The notes: generated by a model not told the origin, from the sequence alone. A stretch of 47,223 bases of DNA from Polyangiaceae bacterium (GCA_044222475.1 JBGANF010000053.1:1-47223); one strand, 5' to 3'; positions 1 to 9,662 are shown, numbered from the stretch's first letter. Translations and numbers: made by a program.

Positions 1-258
1 GGCGCGCAGCCGCTCTTGATGAAGGTCCTCGCCGAGCTCGTCGCGCTCCACGAGAAGGATCCGGAGGCGACGCGATCGATCGACGACATCTTCGCCCTCG
101 GTTGGCCGGGCGAGCGAGCGTCGGCGGCCTCGGTCGAAGATCGGGTGCGAGCGGTCGTGAAGCGACTACGCCGGGCGGGCCTGGGCGATCTCATCGAGAC
201 GAAGGGCGGGGGCTTCCGATTGGCACCCGCCGCCCAGGTGGACGTCACCGGAGAGTGA
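1..258 (+). CDS. Partial (3' end) regulator with C-terminal winged-helix DNA-binding domain (OmpR/PhoB-like Trans_reg_C)
   Basis: Frame is open from the window start. The pattern 'LLMKVLAEL...IFALGWPGE...RVRAVVKRLRR.GL..LIET..GGFRL' is typical of C-terminal wHTH domains in myxobacterial TPR/ATPase regulators. Confidence 0.7.
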   Translation, partial: GAQPLLMKVLAELVALHEKDPEATRSIDDIFALGWPGERASAASVEDRVRAVVKRLRRAGLGDLIETKGGGFRLAPAAQVDVTGE

Positions 259-385
259 GCACAGGAAGGGCGGAAGCGCGGAAGGATTTGGGGTGTTTCA
301 CCAACGCCAGCGTCGAGGCGAAGAGCTCGCATCCACGATCAACCCAAAATCCTTCCGTCCTTCCGCCCTTCCTGTTCTCACTCTC
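251..385. repeat. REP/MITE-like inverted-repeat element, family A, copy 1
   Basis: Left arm GAGAGTGAGCACAGGAAGGGCGGAAGCGCGGAAGGATTTGGGG is near-complementary to right arm CCCAAAATCCTTCCGTCCTTCCGCCCTTCCTGTTCTCACTCTC. It lies between convergent genes, and a homologous copy is at 17430-17548. Confidence 0.85.
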
Positions 386-411
386 TCAGCGCGACGCGAC
401 AGCAGCCGGTA

Positions 412-3400
412 TCACTTCCCCAGCACGATCTCCCGCTCGAGCAGCGCATCGGCGTCTTGCGTGAACTTCACGAACGCCGCGTACTCCGCTCCCGGTTGCA
501 CGCGCCCCGCGGGTAGATCGACGAGGCGCGAGAACACCACTTCGTGCCCGTTCACCTTGTCGTCGACGCGGACGATGCGGTCGCCGTCCTTCACGTCGGC
601 GCCACCGAGGTTCGCCGGCATCTTCCAGCTCGCCGGCGCGACCACGTGGAAGTCGACCTCGATGTGCGAGGCCGACCCGAGCAGCAGCGGCGTCGTTCGC
701 TTGTCCTTCGACGCGAGCTGCGCGATCTGCATCGACACCGGCGGACGCAACGTCACGCGGTCGCCGCTCGCCTTACCGAACTGCGGCACGTCGGCTTTGA
801 TCTTCAGGACCAGCGGACGATCCGGATCGGTCTTGTCCTCGAACTGGACGTCGCGCACGTGCGCTCCGGGCAGCGTGCCGGCGAGCAGCCGTGACTCGAC
901 GAACGCGAAGAGCTGACCCTCCGGCACTTTGTCGAACACGTTGCGCATCCGGATCGCGAGCTTGCCCATGTAGCGCTGGGTGAGCTCGACGTTGGCGCCG
1001 CCGTCGTCGCGGAGATCCGCGCGACCTTCGAAGCGGAAGCCGTCCTGCGCGCCTTGCGCGTCGACCTTGATCTTCGGCGCGCCGTCGACGAGCAGCACCG
1101 CCGGTTGCCCGCGCACGTCGGCCGGGATGTACCCGAACGGCGCGAACTTGTCGGCGACGGTGAGGAACCGCGGCGTCTTGCCGTCGAGCTTCAGCAGCAT
1201 CGTCGAGTACGTCTCGATCTCGCTCATCGGGCTCGTCGCCGGCAACACGAGGCGGCTCTTCGCGAGCACGACGTCGAGCTTCAGCCCGATCGCGCGGGCC
1301 AAGTACTGGAACGCGGCCTGACGCGATCCAGCCTTGCCGAACCACGCGCGTCGCCCGTCCTTCTCCTGCCCGTCCTGGAGACGCTCGAGCACGGCGCGGT
1401 ACAGCGTGCGCGCGCGCCCTTCTTCGTCGTTCGCTGGGACCTTCGCGACGAGCGCGAGCGCTTCGCGCTTCAGCCGCGGATCGAGCGGGGTCTCTTGGCT
1501 CACGAGATCGACGTAACGCGCGAGCGTCTCGTCGAGCGAGATGCCCCAACCCACCTTCACGCTCGGGAGGAACTCGCTGAGCGGCGGCGAGTCGGGCTCT
1601 TCGACGAGGGGAGGCGACTCGTCGACGCGCCAGCGGCGTTCGGTGAAGATCCCGCGCGCGGTGACCTTCGGCGGCGCGACGTCGCCGTGGGTCTCGATCA
1701 TGAGCTGCTTGTTCGTCGGCGCGATCACGATGAACTCGCTGCGCCAGTAGCCCTTGTCGGCCTCGCGGAAGAACCACTGCGGACCGCGGTAGTGGCGACC
1801 CATCTCGCCGTCGCCTTCGGTCTTGGTGACGTGCTCGATCTCGACGTAGTCGCCGACCTCGAGGTTGGGCATCGTCAACGTCGGCTTCCCCGGCACCGGT
1901 TCCGGCTCGAGGATCTTCCCGTTCTTCTTGATGACCCGCAGACGAAGGACGTTTCCGCTCGGCGGCTCCTGCTCGGACTCCTTGCCGATGGCCTCTTGGC
2001 TCTGGATCTTGAGGATCTCGTGCTCGAGCATCTCGCTCGATCCGTTCGGGTGCACCCACAGCGCGGAGTAATCGAGCACGCGCGCCGAGACGCCGGCCAT
2101 CGACTTGCCCTTCTTCTCCCACGCTTCGAACTCGGCGATCGCGGCGCGACCGTCGATGCGATACGGCTCGAGGTCCATCGTCCCTTCGAGGAGATCGATC
2201 GCAGCGCGCAGCTCGGCCGTGCTGCCGCCGACGCGGAGCGCCTCGGCGAGGGCGGCGCGCAGGGCCTTCGTGTCGCCTTTGGCGTACGCGCGATCGGCGA
2301 GGCGGAAGCGCGACGTCTGATCGAGCGGGTTCTTCGCGAGGGCCTTCTCGAGCTGAGCTGCCGCCGCGCTCGGATCGCCGGAGCGCAGCAGCACCGCCGC
2401 GATGCGACCGGCGAGCTCCTTGCGATCGGGGCGACGCTTCTGCAGCCGCTCGAGCTCGGCGATGGCGGCCTTCCAGTCGTGGCGATCGAGCGCGTCGTCG
2501 AGCTCGACCTCGGAGTCGGGATCGAGCTCCTTGAGGTGCTTCGCGATCTTGTCCGCGTCTTGCGCCGATCCGTTCTCGCGCAGCGCGTTCTGGTAGCCGC
2601 GCAGCACGCGCCCGTCGTCGGGGAACGCGGCTGCGAGATCGGCGAGCTCCTTCGTGCGCTCCGCGCGCCAACCGAGCTGGCCGTAGAGCTTCGCGAGCTC
2701 GATGCGCACGTCCGGGAGCGCGGGTACGTCGGCGCCGAGCTTGCGCAGCGGCTCGATCGCCTCGACCGAGCCTTTCTGCTCGGCGTCGTCGAGGATCAGC
2801 CAGGCCCGCGCGTACCAGAGGGAGTCGTCCTTGGTGAGCGCTCGCTGGAACAGCGCGCGCGCCCGCTTGTGCCGGCCGTCCTGCGCGTACGCCGGATCGC
2901 CCGAGGCGAGCGCGGCCCCGGCTTCGAGCATGTACGACGCGGCGTCCTCCGGCTCGACGAACGGCTCGACGAGGACGTTCGCGACGTCGTCCATCCCCTC
3001 GACGTGAGCGAGGTACGCCGCGAGGTGCGCGACGATCGGGCTGCGCTTCTCGGCCGCGAGCACCGGGACCAGCGGGTTCGGATCGTCGAGCACGCGCGGA
3101 GGGACCATCGACCACGGCGACTCGCGATCGGTGACGCCGGTGATCTTCGCCGGGCGACCGTCGAGCTCGAGCAACCGGACCGACGTCGAGTCGTCGAAGA
3201 GCCGCGCGACGATCCGGTGCCGGCCCTTGGCCAGGTGGATCGCTCCGCCGAAGCGCTGCCACACGCCGAAGTCGCGGAGATCGCGCGCCAGCACCGACAC
3301 GTCGTCGACGAAGATCTCGGCGGCGCTCGAGATCGCGACGATGAGGTCGCGATCGGTGTCGGTGGAGACGAACCCCTCGACGTAGAACATCCCAGCTTGG

Positions 3401-4182
3401 GACTCCTCGGTCGCGGAGATCGTGCACGCGTCCTGCTCGGTCTTGAGGACGTGCGGGCTCACTCCGCGCGAGGGATCGCCGGTCCAACGCGAGGGCCACG
3501 GAGTCGGCTCCTCGGCCGCGAAGTGACGCCGTCGATCCGGGGCGGTGCCGCGGCCGAACGGCCCGGCCAGGCGCAGGCCGCTGATGCATCCGTTCCGTTC
3601 GACGAGGAACTTGTCGTAGTCCTTCCCGGTGAGCGTCGCCGCGCGGTACGTCTCCGAGTCGACCCAGTCGTTGAGCTCGTTGACGGCGCGCCACCCGAGG
3701 TGACCGGGGCTCGCGATGAGCGTGGCGATGGTCGCCTCGTACGTCTTGTAGAGCCCGCTGACCGACTGGCGGAAGCTCCGGAGCTGGTTCGCCGCGTACC
3801 AGCCGGCGATCGGTGCGATCGGATCGTCGGATGCTTGCGCCGCGACGAGCGTGGCGGCGTATCCATCGGCGGCTTCGCGCGGGACGCCGCGCTCCTCGGC
3901 GGTGATGCCGCGAGCGAGGCTCGCGTAGAGGCCCTTGCCCCCGAGATCGTGCAGTCGCTTCTCCGCGACGACCGCGCGCTTGGCGTCGCCACCGGGAGCG
4001 AGACGCTCCGCGAGGACCCACTTGCCGACGGTCTCGGGATCCTTGCTTCCCGGACCGTCGCTGCGGAGCGACGCGAGCGGAACGTCGGCGTATTTGCCCG
4101 ACGACGAAGCTCCGCCGCAGCCGATCGCCAGGGGGATCGCGACCGCGAACGGAAGCGCGAGCTTGCGAAGGAGGTTCGTCAC
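412..4182 (-). CDS. Large TPR + DUF3857/transglutaminase-like lipoprotein, probably catalytically inactive
   Basis: GTG start at 4182 overlaps the upstream TGA (GTGA) and has GGAGG upstream. Lipobox 'PLAIGC', TPR-like helices and the DUF3857-like 'MPNLEVGDYVEIEH' are present. It shares its architecture with 4179-7895 but has no GDCKD motif. Confidence 0.8.
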   Translation of the reverse strand: MTNLLRKLALPFAVAIPLAIGCGGASSSGKYADVPLASLRSDGPGSKDPETVGKWVLAERLAPGGDAKRAVVAEKRLHDLGGKGLYASLARGITAEERGVPREAADGYAATLVAAQASDDPIAPIAGWYAANQLRSFRQSVSGLYKTYEATIATLIASPGHLGWRAVNELNDWVDSETYRAATLTGKDYDKFLVERNGCISGLRLAGPFGRGTAPDRRRHFAAEEPTPWPSRWTGDPSRGVSPHVLKTEQDACTISATEESQAGMFYVEGFVSTDTDRDLIVAISSAAEIFVDDVSVLARDLRDFGVWQRFGGAIHLAKGRHRIVARLFDDSTSVRLLELDGRPAKITGVTDRESPWSMVPPRVLDDPNPLVPVLAAEKRSPIVAHLAAYLAHVEGMDDVANVLVEPFVEPEDAASYMLEAGAALASGDPAYAQDGRHKRARALFQRALTKDDSLWYARAWLILDDAEQKGSVEAIEPLRKLGADVPALPDVRIELAKLYGQLGWRAERTKELADLAAAFPDDGRVLRGYQNALRENGSAQDADKIAKHLKELDPDSEVELDDALDRHDWKAAIAELERLQKRRPDRKELAGRIAAVLLRSGDPSAAAAQLEKALAKNPLDQTSRFRLADRAYAKGDTKALRAALAEALRVGGSTAELRAAIDLLEGTMDLEPYRIDGRAAIAEFEAWEKKGKSMAGVSARVLDYSALWVHPNGSSEMLEHEILKIQSQEAIGKESEQEPPSGNVLRLRVIKKNGKILEPEPVPGKPTLTMPNLEVGDYVEIEHVTKTEGDGEMGRHYRGPQWFFREADKGYWRSEFIVIAPTNKQLMIETHGDVAPPKVTARGIFTERRWRVDESPPLVEEPDSPPLSEFLPSVKVGWGISLDETLARYVDLVSQETPLDPRLKREALALVAKVPANDEEGRARTLYRAVLERLQDGQEKDGRRAWFGKAGSRQAAFQYLARAIGLKLDVVLAKSRLVLPATSPMSEIETYSTMLLKLDGKTPRFLTVADKFAPFGYIPADVRGQPAVLLVDGAPKIKVDAQGAQDGFRFEGRADLRDDGGANVELTQRYMGKLAIRMRNVFDKVPEGQLFAFVESRLLAGTLPGAHVRDVQFEDKTDPDRPLVLKIKADVPQFGKASGDRVTLRPPVSMQIAQLASKDKRTTPLLLGSASHIEVDFHVVAPASWKMPANLGGADVKDGDRIVRVDDKVNGHEVVFSRLVDLPAGRVQPGAEYAAFVKFTQDADALLEREIVLGK

Positions 4183-7100
4183 GGCGCACCTCCCATCTTG
4201 AAGACGAGCCGTTGGCCGAGCGCCTTGTCGACCTGCTCGCACCACGCGCGGAACGCCGGGTACTCGGCGGCGGTGATGCGCGTCTTCTTCATCGTCACCG
4301 TCGTCTTCACGACGTACGCCGCGCCGTCTTTCTCGACCGTGACGCTGTGCGATCCGAACGGCGAGTCGGACGTCGACGCGGTCGGCGCCGTCGACACTTG
4401 GGCGTTCGCCGGGAGCTTGATGCGACGCTCCGTGATCTGCGTGTTCTGCGCGCGGAGGCGGATGTCTTGCTTCCGCGTGGAGAGGGACGCGAAGTCGGTC
4501 ACCATGTGCTCCTTCGGGCCGGCCGGCAGGCTGAGCTTGTCGCCGTCCTTGCGCGCGAGCGCCGGGACCTTGCCGGTGACCTTCAGCACTGGACCGAGCT
4601 CGACGTTTTCGAGGTCGTTCGCGGTCACGTTGGTGATCGCGATGCCGGGGAGCTCGTTGCCGAGGTCCTCTTCGACGCGTTGCTTGCGCAGCGCCTCGGC
4701 GTGGTACCGCACGCGCCACGACGGCGCGTACACGCCGGTCGACGATGCGGTCCACTCGATCTGCGCCGAGCCGTCGGCGGCGACGGTCGCATCGATGCGT
4801 CGCGTCACGGTGCTCGCCGACGCGGGCGGATCGGGGAGGTGTACCAACTTGGGCTTGCCCTCGTTGATCTGAATCGCGAGCGATCCGCGGTCCATCGCCG
4901 GCAGCTCGGCGGTGCCCGAGTACTCGGCCGTACCATCGAGGTACAAGTCGAACGCCGGCACGTACGCGATCGCGTGGTCGAACGGGGCCAGGCTCGCGGG
5001 GTAGTCGTCGAAGTCGCCGCGCAAGCCGGTGCGGACGATCACGATCGTCGCCGGGATGCCGAGCTCCTTCAGCATGGTGACGATGAGCGTCGCCTTGTCT
5101 TTGCAGTCGCCGTAGCCGCGCGCGAAGATCTGCGCCGCGCGGTACGGCTTGAAGCCGTGGATGCCGAACTCGAGCGCGACGTAGCGCGTCTTCTGGACGA
5201 CGTAGTCGTAGACCGCGGTCATCTTCTCGCGATCGGTCGTCTTGCCCTTGGTGATCTCGGTGACGCGCTTGCGCACCTCGTCGTCGGCGACGAACTGGTC
5301 TTTCACGAGGCCCCAGTACCAGGTGCCCATCTCGTCCCAGCTCTTGTACGTCGAGACGTGGATGCGCCCGAGCGTCTCGGTGTAGGGCGGCATGAGCGGC
5401 TCGGAGTCGAGCGCGGGGAGGTTCGTCGCGGCGAACCGGTAGACCCGCTTGTCGCCCTTCTCTTCGACCGACTTCACGAGGTTCGGGATCTTCGGCTCGT
5501 TGAAGTAGAACGTGCGCGTCTTCGGAGTGATGAGCACGTACTCCGCGCGTGCGACCGGCTCGTCCGAGGCGAGGTACGCCACGTCACCGAAGTAGTCGGC
5601 GAATGCGTTGCGCTCGGCGACGTCTTCGATGCGGTACATGATCTCGACGACGTCCCCGGCGGCGAGCCGCGGCACGCGAACGCGGAACGCCGAAGCCGAC
5701 GTGTACATCGCCATCGACGGGTCGTCGGTGCCGCCCACGCTGGTGGTGTACGACTCGTCGACCGTGCCGTCGGTCTTGTAGACCTTCACGCCGCGGAGCT
5801 GCACCGTCTGGGAGTCGCTCTCGTACGCGAAGCCGTAGCCCCGCCCGTCTTGCGCTGCGCGATCGGTCAGCGGTTGATAGACGACCTGCCGGAACTTGCT
5901 CGACAACCCGTTGGGGAACACCGTCCCCACGGTGAGATCGACGAGCGTTCGTCGATCCTTGCCGCCGGCTGGTGCGCCGCGGTTCGCGAGGAAGTCCTTG
6001 GACGCGACGGCGTAGAGCTCGTCCTCCTTGGGCTTCTCCGGCGTGAGGTGCGCGAGGTAGTCACGAACGTCCTTCGCTTGCGGCTTCAGCTCCACGACGC
6101 GCCGAAGGAGTGCCTCCTGCTCGCTGCGGTTTCCGGACAGCGCCTGGAGATCGGCCAGCGAGCGCATCACGTCGGTGTCTTCGGGTGCGAGATCGAGCGC
6201 GCGCTTGTAGGCCGCCGTCGCGCGGGTGCGATCGCCGAGGGTGATCCAGAAGCCCGCGGCGGTGGAGAGCCGAACGGGATCGTCCGGATCGAGATCGACG
6301 AGGCGGTCGATCCATCGAGCGGCCGACGTGGGCTCGCGGCGGGCGACGTAGAGCCCGATCTTGCGTCGCGCGTACTCGGTGTCGTCGAAGCGCAGCTCGG
6401 CGTAGCGCTCCTCGGCTTCGTCGGCTTCGGTCGAGCGGTCTTCTTGCCGCAGCGCCGACACCGTCTCCCGCAGCAGCGCGACCGATCGCGGCCGACGCGC
6501 GAGCGCCTGCTGCAGGAACGCGAGCGCCGTCGCGCGGAGGTTCGCCTCGCCGTAGAGCTCGACCCGCGCGAGGATCGCCGTCACGTTGTCGCGGTCGAGC
6601 GCGAGCGCTTGATCGTAGTAGGGGATCGCGTCGCGCCAGTTGACTCCGCTGCGAGCGTGCGCCGCGCGCGAGAGCAACGTCAGCATCTTGTCGTCGTCCG
6701 AGACGCCGCCCTTCTTCACGAGGGCCTCGGCCTGGACGATCCACTCCTCTTCTTGGTTCCGGTTCTCGGAGAGATCTCCAGCGAGCAGGCAGCGCGCGAC
6801 GGTGGGCGACTTCTTCGCCGCCTTGGTCGCGAGATCGCGCGCGATGTGCTCCGCCTCGTCGTCGCCCGAGGTCGAGACGAGGTAGCGCGCGTAGGCCTCC
6901 TGAGTCGCCGGGTCGCCGCCCTTCACCGCCTTGTCGAACGTCTGGATCGGACCTTCGACCGATGCTGCGGGGAGCGCCGGCTTCGTCCAGTTGACCGTCG
7001 ACAGCGCGCCGCGCGTCGGGTCCGCGCTGGCTTCGATCTTCGCGTCGGGGAGACCGCGATCGTCGGCGAAGCGCACCGCGAAAACCGGCGCGCCGTCGGT

Positions 7101-7895
7101 CCCGCACGCCTTCACGAGCACGCGGTTCTCACCGCTGACGAGGGTGACCGAGCGCGCGAGGCGCTCGGAGTCGAACTCGCGGTACTTGGCGTCTTCGATC
7201 GCCATCGTGCCGTTCCACCACACGCGCACCGCACCAGCGGAGCCGATCCACATCGAGATGGTGCGCGACTGACCCTTCTTCAGTGACGCGTCGTGCACGA
7301 ACGTGGTCGCGTACGAGCAACCGTTCTCGATCGGGCGCACGAGCGCGCCGAAGTCGAGCCAACCGTACTGCGCGCGCGCGGGCGCGACTCGCCACGCGAC
7401 CTTGCGCTCCTTGCCGTCGTACGACTTGCCGACCGTCGGTGCGCCGTCGACCTCGGGCTCGAACGCGCGCGGGAAGCCCGCCTTGCCTTCGTTGTCGAAC
7501 GGGCCGACGACCATCCACGACGACACGTAGCCGAGCGAGCCGATGATGCGCTTCGCGCCGTCGAGATCGCCGCGGCGCCGTCGCGCGTATCCGCCGAGCA
7601 GCTGCGCGTACACCCGAGGCGAGCCGGTGCGCGCGGAGGCGACGGCGCGGAGTCCCTCTTCGACGGCGGCCGGATCGCCTTGATCCCACTCGCCCCACAA
7701 TTTGCGAATGGCGGCGTACGATTCGGCGTTGGAGGAGGACGATGCTTTCTCCGTCAACGTGCGCACGCGAGCGAGCCGAGCTTCGACCTCGGCGTCGGCT
7801 TGTTTCGAGTCGAAAGGTCCGACGAGGGCGAGCGTGCCGAGGATGAACGTCGCGGAGGCGAGGCGTAGCGCGCGGCCGCTTCTTTTCGTATTCAC
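4179..7895 (-). CDS. Secreted TPR + DUF3857 + transglutaminase-like protein
   Basis: Signal peptide, TPRs and 'VPRLAAGDVVEIMY'. Cys-His-Asp motifs 'GYGDCKDKA', 'PFDHAIAY' and 'YLDGT'. The start is uncertain (GTG 7895; the ORF is open to 7955). Confidence 0.85.
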   Translation of the reverse strand: MNTKRSGRALRLASATFILGTLALVGPFDSKQADAEVEARLARVRTLTEKASSSSNAESYAAIRKLWGEWDQGDPAAVEEGLRAVASARTGSPRVYAQLLGGYARRRRGDLDGAKRIIGSLGYVSSWMVVGPFDNEGKAGFPRAFEPEVDGAPTVGKSYDGKERKVAWRVAPARAQYGWLDFGALVRPIENGCSYATTFVHDASLKKGQSRTISMWIGSAGAVRVWWNGTMAIEDAKYREFDSERLARSVTLVSGENRVLVKACGTDGAPVFAVRFADDRGLPDAKIEASADPTRGALSTVNWTKPALPAASVEGPIQTFDKAVKGGDPATQEAYARYLVSTSGDDEAEHIARDLATKAAKKSPTVARCLLAGDLSENRNQEEEWIVQAEALVKKGGVSDDDKMLTLLSRAAHARSGVNWRDAIPYYDQALALDRDNVTAILARVELYGEANLRATALAFLQQALARRPRSVALLRETVSALRQEDRSTEADEAEERYAELRFDDTEYARRKIGLYVARREPTSAARWIDRLVDLDPDDPVRLSTAAGFWITLGDRTRATAAYKRALDLAPEDTDVMRSLADLQALSGNRSEQEALLRRVVELKPQAKDVRDYLAHLTPEKPKEDELYAVASKDFLANRGAPAGGKDRRTLVDLTVGTVFPNGLSSKFRQVVYQPLTDRAAQDGRGYGFAYESDSQTVQLRGVKVYKTDGTVDESYTTSVGGTDDPSMAMYTSASAFRVRVPRLAAGDVVEIMYRIEDVAERNAFADYFGDVAYLASDEPVARAEYVLITPKTRTFYFNEPKIPNLVKSVEEKGDKRVYRFAATNLPALDSEPLMPPYTETLGRIHVSTYKSWDEMGTWYWGLVKDQFVADDEVRKRVTEITKGKTTDREKMTAVYDYVVQKTRYVALEFGIHGFKPYRAAQIFARGYGDCKDKATLIVTMLKELGIPATIVIVRTGLRGDFDDYPASLAPFDHAIAYVPAFDLYLDGTAEYSGTAELPAMDRGSLAIQINEGKPKLVHLPDPPASASTVTRRIDATVAADGSAQIEWTASSTGVYAPSWRVRYHAEALRKQRVEEDLGNELPGIAITNVTANDLENVELGPVLKVTGKVPALARKDGDKLSLPAGPKEHMVTDFASLSTRKQDIRLRAQNTQITERRIKLPANAQVSTAPTASTSDSPFGSHSVTVEKDGAAYVVKTTVTMKKTRITAAEYPAFRAWCEQVDKALGQRLVFKMGGAP

Positions 7896-7987
7896 CGCGC
7901 GAGCATTCCCCGGCGTCGTCGCGCAAGCAAGCCGCTTTTTGTGGCATTTCCGCACTTTCGATGTATGAACGGCGCGTAGTGACCCTC

Positions 7988-9010
7988 ATGGCCGAACGGG
8001 AAAATCGGGACGTCGCGCTCCCCCCCGACTCTCCCGACCGGGTGAGCGAGGACGAGGTGTCGCCGCCGTCGTCCAAGACGGGCGGCAGCAACGTCATGCG
8101 CGGGCTCGTCAAGACGATCCGCCCGCACCAGTGGGTCAAGAACCTCTTCGTGATGGCGCCGATGTTCTTTCACAAGGACGTCCTCATCTCGACTCCCGCC
8201 GGCCCCGCGCTGAACCTCGCCGTCACCGGCCGCGCCCTCCTCGGGACGGTCGTGTTTTCGCTCCTCGCGGGCGCGGTCTACACCATCAACGACATCGTCG
8301 ACGTGAAGGCGGACCGGATTCACCCGGTGAAGCGCCACCGGCCGATCGCCAGCGGCGCCGTGCCCGAGGGCCTCGCCCGGATGATGGCCGCCGCCCTCGT
8401 CGTCTTCTCGCTCGCCGTCGGGTACCTCCTCGATCCGCGCTTCGCCCTCGTCGCCCTCGTGTATTTCGCGCAAAACGTCGCGTACAGCTTCCGCCTGAAG
8501 AAGGTCGCCTTCCTCGACGTCGCCATCATCGCGTTCGGGTTCGTGCTCCGCGTGTTCGCTGGCGGTTTCGCGACGAACACCCACGTCAGCTACTACCTGA
8601 TCGGCTGTACGGCGCTCCTCGCGCTCTTCCTCGGGTTCGGCAAGCGCCGGCACGAGCTCGCTCAGGAGCACGCCGGAAAGCAGCGCGCCGCGCTCGAGGT
8701 CTACACGAAGAGCGGCCTCAACGTGGCGCTCGGGCTCACTGGCACGGCCACCATGGCGACGTACCTCGCCTACACGTTGGATCCTTCGACCAGCGAGTTC
8801 TTCCAGACGCGCTGGCTCTGGCTCACGGCCCCGATCGTGGGTCTCGGGATCGTTCGCTTTCTGATGCTCGTCAGCGGCCGGGCCGGCCGCGGCCGAAAGT
8901 CCGAATCGCCCACCCAAGAGATGCTCCGCGACGTGCCGTTCGTGCTGATCGGAGTGCTCTGGTGCCTCGTGGTCGTCGCGATCGTGTACCGACTGCGCCC
9001 CAGCGCGTGA
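7988..9010 (+). CDS. UbiA-family prenyltransferase (decaprenyl-phosphate phosphoribosyltransferase-like)
   Basis: Motifs 'RPHQWVKN', 'YTINDIVDVKADRIHPVKRHRPIASG' and 'LFLGFGKRRHEL', with multiple TM helices. The start is uncertain. Confidence 0.88.
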   Translation: MAERENRDVALPPDSPDRVSEDEVSPPSSKTGGSNVMRGLVKTIRPHQWVKNLFVMAPMFFHKDVLISTPAGPALNLAVTGRALLGTVVFSLLAGAVYTINDIVDVKADRIHPVKRHRPIASGAVPEGLARMMAAALVVFSLAVGYLLDPRFALVALVYFAQNVAYSFRLKKVAFLDVAIIAFGFVLRVFAGGFATNTHVSYYLIGCTALLALFLGFGKRRHELAQEHAGKQRAALEVYTKSGLNVALGLTGTATMATYLAYTLDPSTSEFFQTRWLWLTAPIVGLGIVRFLMLVSGRAGRGRKSESPTQEMLRDVPFVLIGVLWCLVVVAIVYRLRPSA

Positions 9011-9062
9011 CACCCCTGACCGTCGTGAGCGGCGGGTGCATCCGGTGACGTTCTCTCCGAAA

Positions 9063-9188
9063 GAGAACCGCAAGGACGAGGAGAACGCTAGGACGCAAGG
9101 AGAAGAGAGGGCGTGCACTCGGTGCCAGCCCCATCTTTCGTGTTTGGTCCCTCGCGTCCTTGCGCTCTCCTCGTCCTTGCGGTTTCTC
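9063..9188. repeat. REP/MITE-like inverted-repeat element, family B
   Basis: Left arm GAGAACCGCAAGGACGAGGAGAACGCTAGGACGCAAGG versus right arm CCTCGCGTCCTTGCGCTCTCCTCGTCCTTGCGGTTTCTC (~38-bp imperfect inverted repeat). Confidence 0.8.
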
Positions 9189-9256
9189 GTTCTCGGATGC
9201 CCCCGGTTCCAAGTCATGGAAGGTTGACCCATCGGTCGGCGTACTAGGTCGGACAC

Positions 9257-9649
9257 ATGAGCTGGGACCTTCTAGTCATGAGGCTCCCCGAGGGGACGGC
9301 CTCCCTCACTGCTCTGCCGTCCAGGTTCGAGCCCGAGGTCATGGGGACCCAGCGCAAGGTGGTCGAGATCCTCGGAAACCTCGGCGTGGAGTGGGTCTCG
9401 CTCGAAAACCGCCCCATGGGGGTCCTCCGCAGCGAAGGCTTCGTCCTCGAGATCGAGCTCCCGGTCGGCCCGGTCGATCACGTCGTCCTCAGCCTCCACG
9501 GCGCCGCGGCGGTCGATGCGGCGCGCACCGTCCTCGAGACGCTCGACGCCACCGCGGTGGATCTCGACACCGATCTCGTCGTCGACGTCTCCGCGCCCGA
9601 CTCGCGGCGCCAGGCCCAGCGCACGCTCGACGCCGCCTGCCTCGCCTGA
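9257..9649 (+). CDS. Hypothetical protein (130 aa)
   Basis: ATG preceded by GGA, GC3-rich codons, and it fills the gap between neighbouring genes. Confidence 0.65.
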   Translation: MSWDLLVMRLPEGTASLTALPSRFEPEVMGTQRKVVEILGNLGVEWVSLENRPMGVLRSEGFVLEIELPVGPVDHVVLSLHGAAAVDAARTVLETLDATAVDLDTDLVVDVSAPDSRRQAQRTLDAACLA

Positions 9650-9662
9650 CATTCTCCACCCC

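Noticed and set aside
4183..4755. N-terminal extension of the 1447-aa ORF
   Set aside because: It overlaps the upstream gene out of frame. The GTG at 4182 with an RBS and lipobox is the better start. Similar trimming was applied to other ORF-track starts.
1054..7286. Very long + strand ORFs (1054-4872, 4212-7286) and similar ones elsewhere (e.g. 32611-35982, 17938-20043)
   Set aside because: These are antisense shadows of real high-GC3 genes: Arg-rich and without recognisable motifs.
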